Origin: Coprothermobacterota bacterium
GTDB taxonomy: Bacteria; Coprothermobacterota; Coprothermobacteria; Coprothermobacterales; Coprothermobacteraceae
Assembly (NCBI GenBank): GCA_036679065.1
Contig: JAZIGN010000001.1
Span: 96,001-160,000 of the forward strand
Direction of reading: 5' to 3'
Length of the DNA: 64,000 nucleotides
The notes under the pieces are model-generated. The model had not been told where the DNA came from. It ran no database searches and worked only from the letters and a program-made list of their open reading frames with translations. Positions 54,580-64,000 of the stretch are shown here, one piece after another (the first letter of the stretch is position 1; every line of letters starts with the position of its first letter). A program made the translations under genes and the position numbers.

Positions 54580-55563
54580 TTAATAGAAAAGTTCTGCCAG
54601 GTTGTACAATTCCTTGTCGGCCATTTTTACTTGAGCCGCGAGGTCAAAGTTAACTAACTCGAACTTACCACCTGTGAGTGCCACCATTTTTCCCGTAATG
54701 CCTTGTTTAACAGCGTTAACTAGTTCCATGCCCATTCGTGTAGCTAGTAGTCGATCCTGCACAGTTGGGCTGCCTCCTCTTTGCTGATGTCCAAGAACGG
54801 TTATACGTGTTTCCATGCCTGTGGCATCTTGTATTTCCTGCGCTAAAGCGTGTCCAACGCCACCTTCAGTGTTGGAAAGCCATGGCAGTTTTGCTCCTTC
54901 AGCAATGACAACGATGGAGAAGCCTCTCCCTGATTCCCTTCTCCTGTAGATATGGTTCACGATCTTATCTTTTTCCACTGTTACTTCTGGAATTACTATG
55001 AAGTCGGCGCCTCCTGCAATGCCACCGTAAAGTGCCAGCCAACCAGTTGCGCCTCCCATGGTTTCTACAACCATGACACGGTGATGTGCTTCTGCGGTTG
55101 TGTGTAACTTATCGAGCGCCTCAGCAATTGTTGTCACAGCCGTATCAAAACCAATGGTTTCGTCGGTGCCATTAATGTCATTATCGATGGTCAGAGGTAA
55201 AGCCAAAACAGGAACGTCGTGTTGCGTGAGTAGATCACAGGATGCCATTGTCTCTCTGTCTCCGAGAACAGCGAGAACGGTAATACGATACCGATCCATG
55301 ACTTCCCTTATTGTTTGAACTTGAGCTTCATCAATGCGTGTTCTGGACGTGCCAAGTATGGTTCCACCTCTAGGCAAAATACCAGAGACGGATTTTGACG
55401 TTAGTATGATCACGTCGTCACTAAGAAGACCGGCAAAACCGCCCCTTACGCCCAAAACTTCCATGTCCATGTGATACGCACTTCTCACAATACTCCTGAT
55501 AGCTGCATTGGCGCCTGGTGCGTCTGCGCCCGCAGTCAAAATAGCAATACGCTTCACCTGCAT
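54580..55563 (-). CDS. pfkA: 6-phosphofructokinase family protein (divergent active site)
   Basis: DAPG.N, GGTILGTSR, TIDNDI, GFDTA, LGHQQRGG. Confidence 0.88.
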   Translation of the reverse strand: MQVKRIAILTAGADAPGANAAIRSIVRSAYHMDMEVLGVRGGFAGLLSDDVIILTSKSVSGILPRGGTILGTSRTRIDEAQVQTIREVMDRYRITVLAVLGDRETMASCDLLTQHDVPVLALPLTIDNDINGTDETIGFDTAVTTIAEALDKLHTTAEAHHRVMVVETMGGATGWLALYGGIAGGADFIVIPEVTVEKDKIVNHIYRRRESGRGFSIVVIAEGAKLPWLSNTEGGVGHALAQEIQDATGMETRITVLGHQQRGGSPTVQDRLLATRMGMELVNAVKQGITGKMVALTGGKFELVNFDLAAQVKMADKELYNLAELFY

Positions 55564-55642
55564 CTCTCCTTTCCTGTAACAAGTTTACAACAAATTTAGC
55601 GAAAAAGGACAGTATGCGTTAATGGTATATAAATAATCACTA

Positions 55643-55683
55643 TTGACAAAGTGGTAAAAGGTGGTAATTTATGGTTAATGGGT
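55643..55683 (+). promoter_or_regulatory. dcw promoter with MraZ-binding direct repeats
   Basis: TTGACA followed by 10-bp-period GTGGTAAAAG GTGGTAATTT ATGGTTAATG. Confidence 0.75.
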
Positions 55684-56115
55684 ACTATGGACGTACTTAC
55701 AGGGGAGTATGAGTACACTTTGGACAGCAAAAGCCGTTTTTTGATGCCTGCTGAATTCAGGGCTTATTTGGGGGATCCAATGTATTTTGTTCGTGGTTTT
55801 GAAAACTGCATCTACGTGTACAGCGAGGAAAAGTGGCAGAAGATGGCTGAGGACATACGAAACCTTCCTTGGTCGTCCGATGCGGCTAGGTGGGTAAAGA
55901 GAATCTGGTTCAGCTCCTCGCTTAAGGTTAGAACTGATCCCCAAGGTCGCGTACTCATACCTCAAGTCTACAGAGAACATGTCTTGAAGTCGGGAAAAGT
56001 TGTAGTTTTGGGATGCTTTGACTACGTGGAAATATGGGACGAAGAACGCTGGAGAACGGAAGCCTCAGAAAAGATAAGCTTGTTAAGCCAGTTCCTTCAG
56101 GAGGCTAACCAATGA
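55678..56115 (+). CDS. mraZ: Transcriptional regulator MraZ (start ATG 55678 or 55687)
   Basis: GEYEYTLDSKSR, DPQGRVLIP, VEIWD. Confidence 0.93.
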   Translation: MGTMDVLTGEYEYTLDSKSRFLMPAEFRAYLGDPMYFVRGFENCIYVYSEEKWQKMAEDIRNLPWSSDAARWVKRIWFSSSLKVRTDPQGRVLIPQVYREHVLKSGKVVVLGCFDYVEIWDEERWRTEASEKISLLSQFLQEANQ

Positions 56116-57011
56116 CTAACTACATAGAGCATAAACCTGTCATGGCTAAACAGGTTGCTGAACTGCTTGTCAATGGCGAAGAGGGCATTTACGTTGATGC
56201 AACTGCCGGTTCTGGCGGGCATCTAGGCCTTTTAGCGAATACTTATCCAGAGGCATTCTTTATCGGCATAGACATTGATCCTGAAGCGGTGCAGTTTCTT
56301 GCTGAGAAGTTCGCAGGCGTGGGTAACGTAAGAATAATACGTGGAAACTACGCAGATCTACCAGAGATACTTCATTCCATGGAGATTGGTCAAGTCGACG
56401 GTATACTGTTGGATCTAGGTATCTCTATGCACCAAGCACTGTCTGCCCAGCGGGGTTTTAGCATAAAGAATCCTGGCCCGTTGGACATGCGGTTTAGCAT
56501 TGATCAAAAAGTAACTGCTTATGAGTTGGTTAACAGCCTAAGCGAAGAGCAGCTGGCAGACATCATTTATCGATATGGTGAAGAGAGAAGAGCAAGAAAG
56601 ATCGCTAAGGCGGTGGTCGAAGCTCGCAAGGTAAAACCACTGGAAACCACTGATGAACTGGCTGATCTTGTGGCCCGGACTGTTGGTTACAGGGGAAGAA
56701 TACATCCTGCCACACGGGTTTTTCAAGCTTTAAGAATCGCTACCAATCGAGAACTGGACAACTTGCAAGAAGCATTACCTCGGATTTTCCAGGTGCTAAA
56801 AGAGGGTGGAAGGCTTGCTGTAATTTCATACCACTCTTTGGAAGATCGCATCGTGAAGCAGTTCTTCAAAACGTGGGAAGAAGAGGGCAAAGGCTTGCGT
56901 CTGACAAAGAAAGTGGTAAAGCCTTCTCTAGAAGAAATTAATGAGAATCCCAGCAGCAGAAGTGCAAAATTGAGGGTTTTCAAGAAAGGGGTTGGGGGAA
57001 ATGAAAACTAA
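56112..57011 (+). CDS. rsmH: 16S rRNA m4C1402 methyltransferase
   Basis: HKPVM, DAT.GSGGH, DLGIS, HPATRVFQALRI, SYHSLEDR, SRSAKLR. Confidence 0.97.
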   Translation: MTNYIEHKPVMAKQVAELLVNGEEGIYVDATAGSGGHLGLLANTYPEAFFIGIDIDPEAVQFLAEKFAGVGNVRIIRGNYADLPEILHSMEIGQVDGILLDLGISMHQALSAQRGFSIKNPGPLDMRFSIDQKVTAYELVNSLSEEQLADIIYRYGEERRARKIAKAVVEARKVKPLETTDELADLVARTVGYRGRIHPATRVFQALRIATNRELDNLQEALPRIFQVLKEGGRLAVISYHSLEDRIVKQFFKTWEEEGKGLRLTKKVVKPSLEEINENPSSRSAKLRVFKKGVGGNEN

Positions 57012-57339
57012 GCAGTCTGCTTTGGCTGAGAGGCTGGAGTATGTACCAGAGCGCCCAGTGCAGAGACGCGCGGAAGCACCTAAATCGCACCCCCTTGAGA
57101 AGTTCCTGTCTCTTCTTATTTTAGTTAATGTTTTGTTAACTATGGGAGCAGTTTTCCTTTGTTACAGGCTATCCAGCAGTGTTTTTACTGTAGAATATTT
57201 AAGAAGAACAATGCTGGAAACTCAACAGGAGATATGGAAATTGAATACAGACTTAGAAATGGCAACAAATGAAAAAATGCAAGAGCTATTGGGCAATGCT
57301 AACTACTCTTATTCCTTAAGCGATATTGGGCAGCGTTAG
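57001..57339 (+). CDS. FtsL-like bitopic coiled-coil protein
   Basis: One TM plus leucine-zipper-like segment; position after rsmH. Confidence 0.6.
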   Translation: MKTKQSALAERLEYVPERPVQRRAEAPKSHPLEKFLSLLILVNVLLTMGAVFLCYRLSSSVFTVEYLRRTMLETQQEIWKLNTDLEMATNEKMQELLGNANYSYSLSDIGQR

Positions 57340-57341
57340 TC

Positions 57342-58664
57342 ATGTTGGCTTCTCAGTTAGCAAAAATAGTGAACGGGCAATTAGTGGGCGACGACTTTGA
57401 ATTCGATCATGTTGCTTTCAGTAGTAATGACTGCAATCCTGGGACGCTCTTCATAGCACTACCTGGTTCTAAGACTCATGGTGCTAAGTTTGCTACTCAA
57501 GCCATGCAAAATGGCGCCTCAGGATTATTAACTGATGTAGAGCCAGAGGCAAGTAACTATGTACTGGTGACGGACGCATTTGAAGCAGTAAAAAAATTAG
57601 GGGAAACTCTAGTTCGGAGCTACAGTGGCAAGATCGTAGTTGTTCTTGGGGCTAGCGGCAAAACCACATTAAAGGAGTTGGCTAGAAGCCTAGCACCTGT
57701 TAGGGTTTGGAGTAGCTACGGTAACAGAAATACCATCATTTCTCTGGTTACTGACCTTTTCAACGAGAGAGAAAGTGCTTTGAATGCGCCCTACTGGATA
57801 CTGGAATTTGGCATTCACGACAAGAAAGACGCAGATGACTTCCTGCAGGTTTTCAATCCCTATGCGGCTTTGTTTACTTCTTTAGGTGCTGAACATTTGG
57901 AGTTCCTTGAAAACGTGGATGTGGCGGTACGCACGAATTTGAAAGTGGGAATGGCAGCCACGAAGCGTTTTGCTCTTGTATCAGATGAATACTCTGTTGA
58001 AGATGCTATTCTATTCGGGTCACCTCAGACAAGCGCATGGTTTGACATTAGCAGTTTTACCTGTGATGGTTGTACACTGGGGAAGCTAATGTGCCATGGT
58101 GAAGAAAAAGACGTGGTGCTTCCATTTTGGGGAAAGCGTTCAGCGCAAAGCGTGGCGGGAGCAGCGGCTTTCTGGGTTTCTGAAGGATTTGGCTTGGATG
58201 AGCTACCCTGGGAAAACCTTGACACAATAAACATTTGGGGGCGGCAACAGCTTACCCGTTGGGGTGACTTATTGATCTTCTTTGATGCATATAATGCAAA
58301 TCCTGAAAGCATGAAAGAGTTTTTGGAAGTAGTTAGTGAAGTACCTTATGGTAAAAAAGGTTTAGTCATTGGTGATATGCTTGAGCTTGGCGAATACTCA
58401 CATTACTGGCATCGAAAGCTTGCTCATTGGCTAAAGAAGTCTGGAATTCAGTACTTAATCTTGGTGGGTAATGAAGTGAAATATACATTGCGCGAACTAG
58501 AGAAAGTTGACGGACATGCCATGTACGTTGAATGGTACAGAGATGTCGAAACAGCGAGGTCTTTTTTCATGATTCCTGAGGATATTGAGCTCTTGGGTCT
58601 AAAGGGGTCGAGAAGAATAGCTTTGGAAAAACTCATTCAGGAGGTTTCCGAAGTTGAGTTCTGA
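57342..58664 (+). CDS. murF: UDP-MurNAc-tripeptide--D-Ala-D-Ala ligase
   Basis: GASGKTTLKE, DAYNANPESM, GDMLELG, KGSR. Confidence 0.92.
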   Translation: MLASQLAKIVNGQLVGDDFEFDHVAFSSNDCNPGTLFIALPGSKTHGAKFATQAMQNGASGLLTDVEPEASNYVLVTDAFEAVKKLGETLVRSYSGKIVVVLGASGKTTLKELARSLAPVRVWSSYGNRNTIISLVTDLFNERESALNAPYWILEFGIHDKKDADDFLQVFNPYAALFTSLGAEHLEFLENVDVAVRTNLKVGMAATKRFALVSDEYSVEDAILFGSPQTSAWFDISSFTCDGCTLGKLMCHGEEKDVVLPFWGKRSAQSVAGAAAFWVSEGFGLDELPWENLDTINIWGRQQLTRWGDLLIFFDAYNANPESMKEFLEVVSEVPYGKKGLVIGDMLELGEYSHYWHRKLAHWLKKSGIQYLILVGNEVKYTLRELEKVDGHAMYVEWYRDVETARSFFMIPEDIELLGLKGSRRIALEKLIQEVSEVEF

Positions 58665-59508
58665 TTTTGTACTTTTTTTTGGTTTTAGCGTCATACTGGG
58701 TTACTTTGTATTCTGGAGTTGCCTGCATCTTGGACTGCGTTGGGGATTTTATCCGAAGCGAATAAGAGAGTTTTATGATGATCAGTGGAAAGCACATGTG
58801 CCGCTGAGTGGCGGCCTGGGTTTTTTACTAATTGGTTTGCTACTTTACCTACGCTTTCGTCATCCTGCTTTGCTAATCGCACTGCTATCAGGGTTAGTAG
58901 GCCTTGCTGACGATGTGACAAAAACTCTACGTCAAGGACATGGCATGAAGGCTCGCTATAAGATTCTGTTACTTGTGTTGGTTTCACTGTGCTTTTTTTC
59001 TTTTGGCTATGGTGCAACAAGAGTGGCTTGGAGTTTCATTGTACTGTTGGCGACGACTTCAGCTACTAACTTTACCGATGGAGCAGATGGCCTCCTTGGT
59101 AGTGTTTTAGTTCCCGTTTTTTTGGTTCTACCCCAGAGTGGAGTTACGGGTGCTTTGTTGGGATCTTTAATTTCTTACTTGTTTTTTAATGCTTCCCCAG
59201 CAAGACTTTTTATGGGAGACACTGGTTCGCTTTTTTTTGGTGGTTTTTTGGCTTCGTTTATGCTTTTGCGAGGACAGGAATGGTGGCTTATACTCCTTTG
59301 CCTCATTGGTGTAATAGAGGTAGCTTCAGTGGTAATGCAGGTTATCTATTTTAGGCTAACTGGCGGTAAGCGCATATTCAGAATGACCCCTATACATCAT
59401 CATTTCCAAAAACTAGGCTGGAGCGATCCACGTATTGTAACCTTGTTTACAGGTATGCAAGCTGTTGCGTGCACATTGTGTTGGGTGGGGTGGAACTGGC
59501 CATGGTAA
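58654..59508 (+). CDS. mraY: Phospho-MurNAc-pentapeptide translocase
   Basis: GLADD, NFTDGADGL, FMGDTGS, PIHHHF. Confidence 0.94.
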   Translation: MSSDFVLFFGFSVILGYFVFWSCLHLGLRWGFYPKRIREFYDDQWKAHVPLSGGLGFLLIGLLLYLRFRHPALLIALLSGLVGLADDVTKTLRQGHGMKARYKILLLVLVSLCFFSFGYGATRVAWSFIVLLATTSATNFTDGADGLLGSVLVPVFLVLPQSGVTGALLGSLISYLFFNASPARLFMGDTGSLFFGGFLASFMLLRGQEWWLILLCLIGVIEVASVVMQVIYFRLTGGKRIFRMTPIHHHFQKLGWSDPRIVTLFTGMQAVACTLCWVGWNWPW

Positions 59509-60827
59509 ATATTAAACCTGGTTTCTCTCAGGAACTTATGGGCAAGAACGTGCTCATTCTGGGTTACGGTGTATCTGGTCAAAGTGCGGAACTGTTTATT
59601 TCACAGCGTGGTGGAAAAGTGTTTATTTACGATGAGAAACCCATAAAGCCGAAATTGGGTTGCGCTGTTAGTGATGTTCTAAATGAGCACTTCGACCTTT
59701 GCGTAACCTCACCTGGCTTTTCATTGGATCATCCAGTACTTAGGAGTTTAAAAGACCGAGGAGTTCCTGTGGTAGGTGAGTTGGAACTATCGTTTGACGC
59801 AAGCCGCTGGAACTACTGGATAGCGGTCACGGGAACCAATGGAAAGACTACCACCACGTCCTTTATTGGCCATCTACTGAGGACAGCGGGGTTCAACGTC
59901 GTAGTTGGTGGGAATATTGGTGTTCCCGTAACCTCGTTTCTAAATGAACCCATAAGTGAGACGATTATCGTTGCTGAAGTCAGTTCGTTCCAATTAGAAA
60001 CTGTGCATACTTTCAGGCCACAGGTAGCAGTTTTTTTAAATCTCACACCAGATCACTTGGACAGACACGGCAGTATGGAAAACTACTTTCAAACTAAAGC
60101 TAGAATATTCAAATTACAACAGCCTCAGGATTTGGCAGTACTGAATGCAGAAGACAGATGGGCAAGTTCTCTAATAGGAAGCCTTAAAAGCCGTACTTTG
60201 GCTTTCGGTATTGAAAAAGGCGATGTGCACTGGTCTGAGGGTTTCCTGAATGTATTGGGCACAACTGTTGCTAGTGTCTCTGATGTGAAGCTAAGGGGTC
60301 GACATAATTTAGCAAACATAGCGGCAGGTGTAGCTGCTTGTTATCATTTATTACCTGATGGTTTCGACTTTGGAAGTGCCATTTCGCAATTTTGTGCACC
60401 AGAACATCGTATTGAGTTCGTGCGTTCGGTGGGCGGTGTGAGTTTTTACGACGATTCGAAGGCGACAAACCCTGATTCCACCATTGTAGCGTTGGAAGCT
60501 TTCCGTGAACCGCTCATCCTTATTTTAGGCGGTAGGAACAAAGGCATGGATTTTGCGCCTTTAGCACAGTTTATAAAGCAAAGATCCACCGTTAAATGGG
60601 TTGTGGTCATGGGTGAGTCCAAACAATCCATCAAGGAGTCTTTGTTGGCTCAGGGCTTTGAAAATATAACCGAAGCACAGGATCTGGAAGAAGCGGTGAC
60701 GTTAGCCTATGGAATAGCTGATGCTGGTGATGTGATCTTGCTTTCTCCTGCTTGCGCATCATTTGATATGTTCAGAAATTTTGAAGAGCGTGGTGACCGG
60801 TTTAAGGAGATTGTAGAAAGGTTATGA
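59502..60827 (+). CDS. murD: UDP-MurNAc-L-Ala--D-Glu ligase
   Basis: TGTNGKTTT, EVSSFQL, DHLDRH, DSKATN, SPACASFD. Confidence 0.96.
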   Translation: MVNIKPGFSQELMGKNVLILGYGVSGQSAELFISQRGGKVFIYDEKPIKPKLGCAVSDVLNEHFDLCVTSPGFSLDHPVLRSLKDRGVPVVGELELSFDASRWNYWIAVTGTNGKTTTTSFIGHLLRTAGFNVVVGGNIGVPVTSFLNEPISETIIVAEVSSFQLETVHTFRPQVAVFLNLTPDHLDRHGSMENYFQTKARIFKLQQPQDLAVLNAEDRWASSLIGSLKSRTLAFGIEKGDVHWSEGFLNVLGTTVASVSDVKLRGRHNLANIAAGVAACYHLLPDGFDFGSAISQFCAPEHRIEFVRSVGGVSFYDDSKATNPDSTIVALEAFREPLILILGGRNKGMDFAPLAQFIKQRSTVKWVVVMGESKQSIKESLLAQGFENITEAQDLEEAVTLAYGIADAGDVILLSPACASFDMFRNFEERGDRFKEIVERL

Positions 60828-61852
60828 CAAGGTTCTTGCGTGCATTACTGAGCTTTGTGATCATAATTGTGGTTTTCATGATTGGGTTGGTTACTTGGCA
60901 ACCCGGGACAGTTGACCTAAAGGACGTGGGATTGTACGTAGGTGTAATCAGCGCTGCCTACTGGATGTCTTATTTGTTCTTTTTTCTTTTTCGAAAGGGG
61001 CAAATACTTAGCAATTTGCAGTGGTTAGTCACCATTGTTCTGTTCGTTACACTCATTCTCACCCTTTATGTGGGTGAAATGCGCTACGGCTCAAAGAGAT
61101 GGCTAAAGGGTGTGCAGGTTTCAGAATTGTCGAAATTTCTCCTTTTGCCGGGCTTATTTAAAAACTCCGGAATTTACCTACTGGTAGGACTGGTAAGTGC
61201 GTTTTTAGTCGTTTTGGAACCCGACTTAGGCACCGGCTTGATAATTGCTGCATCCGTTTTTATTGGATCGCTTGTTAGAACGCTAAAAGGTAGGAGCGGC
61301 ATCATACTCTGGACCATCATCATCGCAGCTGTCATTGTTATGCCCGTGGTTTTCTCTTACTCGTTGGAGCTGCGGCAGGGTGTGGTTGCTAGAATAGCTG
61401 AAATGCCAACGTTTCATGAGCATTGGGAGGATCGATTTCAGAACTGGGCAGATCCGCTTAGAGATCCCTTTGGCGAAAGTTATCAAACGTTGTCGGCTCT
61501 GAACTCGCTGGGTCAATCATCGGGGTTTGGTAAAGGTATTGGCATGTTAACCACACTACCCGTGGCTTGGGCAGATTATGCCTTTGCCGAACTTGTTAGG
61601 AAATTTGGATTGCTTTCTGGTTTGCTAGTGCTGATGTTATTGGGTCTTTTGATACAGCTCATTCTTAATTGGGGCGGTCGCAGCAAGTACTACGTTGCTG
61701 CGGTTCTCATGTTGCATGTGGTGGTTAACCTTTACACAGTGGCAAACGTACTTCCGGCTACGGGTATTCCATTGCCCTTTGTTGGTAGGGCGCTCCAGAA
61801 CTCTGTTGTGCTATCAGCTCTTACAGGGGCAGCTTTGGGAGAGGCGGTTTAA
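60824..61852 (+). CDS. ftsW: SEDS family glycosyltransferase FtsW (divergent)
   Basis: GSKRW, QVSELSK, EPDLGT, YQ, LP...DY.F, TGIPLPF. Confidence 0.88.
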   Translation: MTRFLRALLSFVIIIVVFMIGLVTWQPGTVDLKDVGLYVGVISAAYWMSYLFFFLFRKGQILSNLQWLVTIVLFVTLILTLYVGEMRYGSKRWLKGVQVSELSKFLLLPGLFKNSGIYLLVGLVSAFLVVLEPDLGTGLIIAASVFIGSLVRTLKGRSGIILWTIIIAAVIVMPVVFSYSLELRQGVVARIAEMPTFHEHWEDRFQNWADPLRDPFGESYQTLSALNSLGQSSGFGKGIGMLTTLPVAWADYAFAELVRKFGLLSGLLVLMLLGLLIQLILNWGGRSKYYVAAVLMLHVVVNLYTVANVLPATGIPLPFVGRALQNSVVLSALTGAALGEAV

Positions 61853-61853
61853 C

Positions 61854-62738
61854 GTGATACTTGTTGTGGGCGGAGCCAGCGCTGGACACAACATACCTGC
61901 TCAAATAATGGGAAACGTGCTAAAGGAGGCAGGTTTTGATGTGACCTTCTACAACCCGAAAGAGAAAGTGGCTTGGAGGGACGTAAAAGCGGTCCTAGCC
62001 ACTGGAAGTAGAAAGAGCTTGCCCATGGCACTGCAGGCTAAACTTCGTGGAAAGAAGCTAATTCTTCACGAGCAAAACGTAATCCCTGGAAGGGCTAATC
62101 GTTTTATGGCTGGCATGGCGGACCAGATCTTTCTTGCTTTTGAGGAATCCAGGGTATTCTTTCACAGCCGCGATTGGAACAAGCTAACTTTTGTGGGTAT
62201 GCCGGTGAGAGAGCCAACCACTGATGCTGAAGAGCTCAAGAAAAAAATGCGGGTTCGAAAGCCACTGCTTCTGGTGACTGGAGGAAGTCAAGGTTCAGCT
62301 TTTCTCAATTTCTTCACAAAGCATGTACTTATGGACTTAAGAGATAAGTACTTCATAGTGCATCAGTGCGGTTCTCTTGAGGACGAACGTTTCATGAACA
62401 GTTACATTAGAGCGCAGACATTACCGGATTTACAGAATTATGTAGCGGCCGCAGATGTGGTGATTGCCAGATCTGGTTCCTCCACACTTCATGAGTGTTT
62501 GCACTTTGGTACGCAGGCTATTTTCTTTCCCATGGCATACTCCACTGATCGTCATCAATGGGCAAATGCGGAAGTATTTAGACAAAAATACGGTTACCCG
62601 TTTTTCTGGGAGCATGTGGTAAAACCTAGCGAAGTACTTTCACAAGTAGAAGAATTTTTGACTAAGGGCCGCAGAAATCCTGTTGAAGTTTTTGATTCGG
62701 CAGGTTTTGTTGAGGCAGTTGGGAGGGTGGTCTCATGA
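61854..62738 (+). CDS. murG: MurG glycosyltransferase (shortened N-domain)
   Basis: GGASAGH, HEQNVIPGRAN, GGSQG, RSGSST, HQWANA. Confidence 0.88.
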   Translation: MILVVGGASAGHNIPAQIMGNVLKEAGFDVTFYNPKEKVAWRDVKAVLATGSRKSLPMALQAKLRGKKLILHEQNVIPGRANRFMAGMADQIFLAFEESRVFFHSRDWNKLTFVGMPVREPTTDAEELKKKMRVRKPLLLVTGGSQGSAFLNFFTKHVLMDLRDKYFIVHQCGSLEDERFMNSYIRAQTLPDLQNYVAAADVVIARSGSSTLHECLHFGTQAIFFPMAYSTDRHQWANAEVFRQKYGYPFFWEHVVKPSEVLSQVEEFLTKGRRNPVEVFDSAGFVEAVGRVVS

Positions 62739-63649
62739 ACATAGTGGTACTCTTTGGAGGCACATCACCCGAGAGAGACATTTCCCTAAGAAGCGGTGAG
62801 AACGTAGCTGCATCGCTTCGTGCTCGTGGACACCAGGTGGAAACATTGGACACTGCAGATCCAAACTTCGTAGCAAAGCTACTGCAGCTTAAACCAGATT
62901 GCGTTTTTCCGGCTCTTCATGGTGCTGATGGTGAAGACGGCAAGGTTCAGGGCCTTCTGGGCATGCTACGTATTCCCTATGTTGGCTCTGATGTGCGAGC
63001 ATCGGTAATTACCATGGATAAGTATTTGACAAAGTTAGTAGCACTTCAAAATGAAATACCCACACCATCTTTCATTTACATCTATGATCGAAATGCGGTC
63101 CCCGATTACGTTTCTGTTGTAAATGAGCTGGGTTCACCATTCATTGTAAAACCGTGTGACGTAGGTTCCACCATAGGGCTTAGTTTAGTTACCAGTGCAA
63201 GTGAGTACGAGTTGTCATTGGAAGAAGCTTTTCGCTTTAGTGACAGGCTGCTGGTGGAGGAATTCATAGATGGATTCGAGATAACTGTTGGTGTGTTCAG
63301 GCTAAAAGACCAGTTCCTCGTGCTTCCGCCCATATGGGTTGTGAAGCCTGATAGGGTTTTTGACTACGACACTAAGTACAGACCAGGCGGTGCGAAGCAC
63401 ATCTATGACTTGCCCATATCCGATGAGGCTAGTGAAAAGTTGACCTTCTACTCAAAATGCATCTGCAGAATTGTGGGTGTTGGTGGAGTAGCACGTTTGG
63501 ATTACATTGTAAAAGATGAAACTCCATACCTTTTGGAGATTAACAGCATCCCGGGCATGACTGCAGAAAGTCTGGTTCCTGATGAGGTTCGGAAGGCGGG
63601 CCAAGATTTTGGGCAGTTTCTGGAAGATTTGATCAGAGATGCGCTATAG
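62735..63649 (+). CDS. ddl: D-alanine--D-alanine ligase
   Basis: GGTSPERDISL, HGADGEDG, FDYDTKY (Tyr omega loop), EINSIPG. Confidence 0.96.
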   Translation: MNIVVLFGGTSPERDISLRSGENVAASLRARGHQVETLDTADPNFVAKLLQLKPDCVFPALHGADGEDGKVQGLLGMLRIPYVGSDVRASVITMDKYLTKLVALQNEIPTPSFIYIYDRNAVPDYVSVVNELGSPFIVKPCDVGSTIGLSLVTSASEYELSLEEAFRFSDRLLVEEFIDGFEITVGVFRLKDQFLVLPPIWVVKPDRVFDYDTKYRPGGAKHIYDLPISDEASEKLTFYSKCICRIVGVGGVARLDYIVKDETPYLLEINSIPGMTAESLVPDEVRKAGQDFGQFLEDLIRDAL

Positions 63650-64000
63650 CATGGTTGTGGTGGGTATCATATTATTGGTGGCATTCGTTGGGATAGCATA
63701 CTTTGCTACGTACAAACCCTGGATCTTTGTTTTCGATGTTCCCGAATACAGTAAGTATGAAAAATCGCTGTCAGGGCAAAAGAGCTTAAAGGAAATCGTA
63801 AGTTTTTACGTGCCTGGCATGACGAGTGTAAATCTGGATTTGGCCAAAAGGCAGATCAATATGAGGCTGGATTTACCAAGACCCGAAGGATGCGTAGTCA
63901 TAAACGGTACCACGTTGGTGGTAGTTGGAACAAAAACTGTGGAAACAGATCTTTACTCAGCAAAAGTACTAACGGAATGCGTTACGGTGGATAAATGGGA
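63639..64000 (+). CDS. Bitopic membrane protein, FtsQ-like by position, truncated by window end
   Basis: ATG 63639 overlaps the ddl end; open to the window end (MRYSMVVVGIILLVAFVGIAYF...). Confidence 0.5.
   Translation, partial: MRYSMVVVGIILLVAFVGIAYFATYKPWIFVFDVPEYSKYEKSLSGQKSLKEIVSFYVPGMTSVNLDLAKRQINMRLDLPRPEGCVVINGTTLVVVGTKTVETDLYSAKVLTECVTVDKW

Overview
Bacterial chromosomal window, about 45-50% GC in the core genes by eye, gene-dense and mostly on the + strand. Gene content (Na+-type V/A-ATPase, archease-RtcB, compact proteins) suggests a small-genome anaerobic thermophile such as Coprothermobacter; this is inference and was not verified. Bases 1-8144 are accessory: the 3' part of a type III restriction-modification mod gene with an AT-rich specificity region, res, an acetamidase/formamidase-family gene, an esterase and a NucS-like/DUF5655 nuclease. 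The rest is housekeeping: rpsF-ssb-rpsR-yybS-rplI-dnaB-leuS-comEA-comEC, an LCP protein, DciA-like-gyrB-gyrA-archease-rtcB-tsaE-tsaB-rimI-tsaD, groES-groEL, oppBCDF, lipA, comF, six tRNAs, argS, pyrG, a diamine aminotransferase/START/FAD-oxidoreductase/purA/decarboxylase block, a V/A-ATPase operon, a divergent pfk and the start of the dcw cluster. No CRISPR, rRNA, integrase or transposase was seen. No clear-cut new system is proven. The best leads are a gyrase A subunit lacking the GyrA-box, a radical-SAM-like protein lacking its cysteine triad, a PFK with a remodelled ATP site, a tRNA-Pro-linked aminotransferase-START module, archease-RtcB embedded in the t6A gene cluster, and recurrent leaderless-promoter architecture. 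All calls come from motif recognition by eye; no searches were run.
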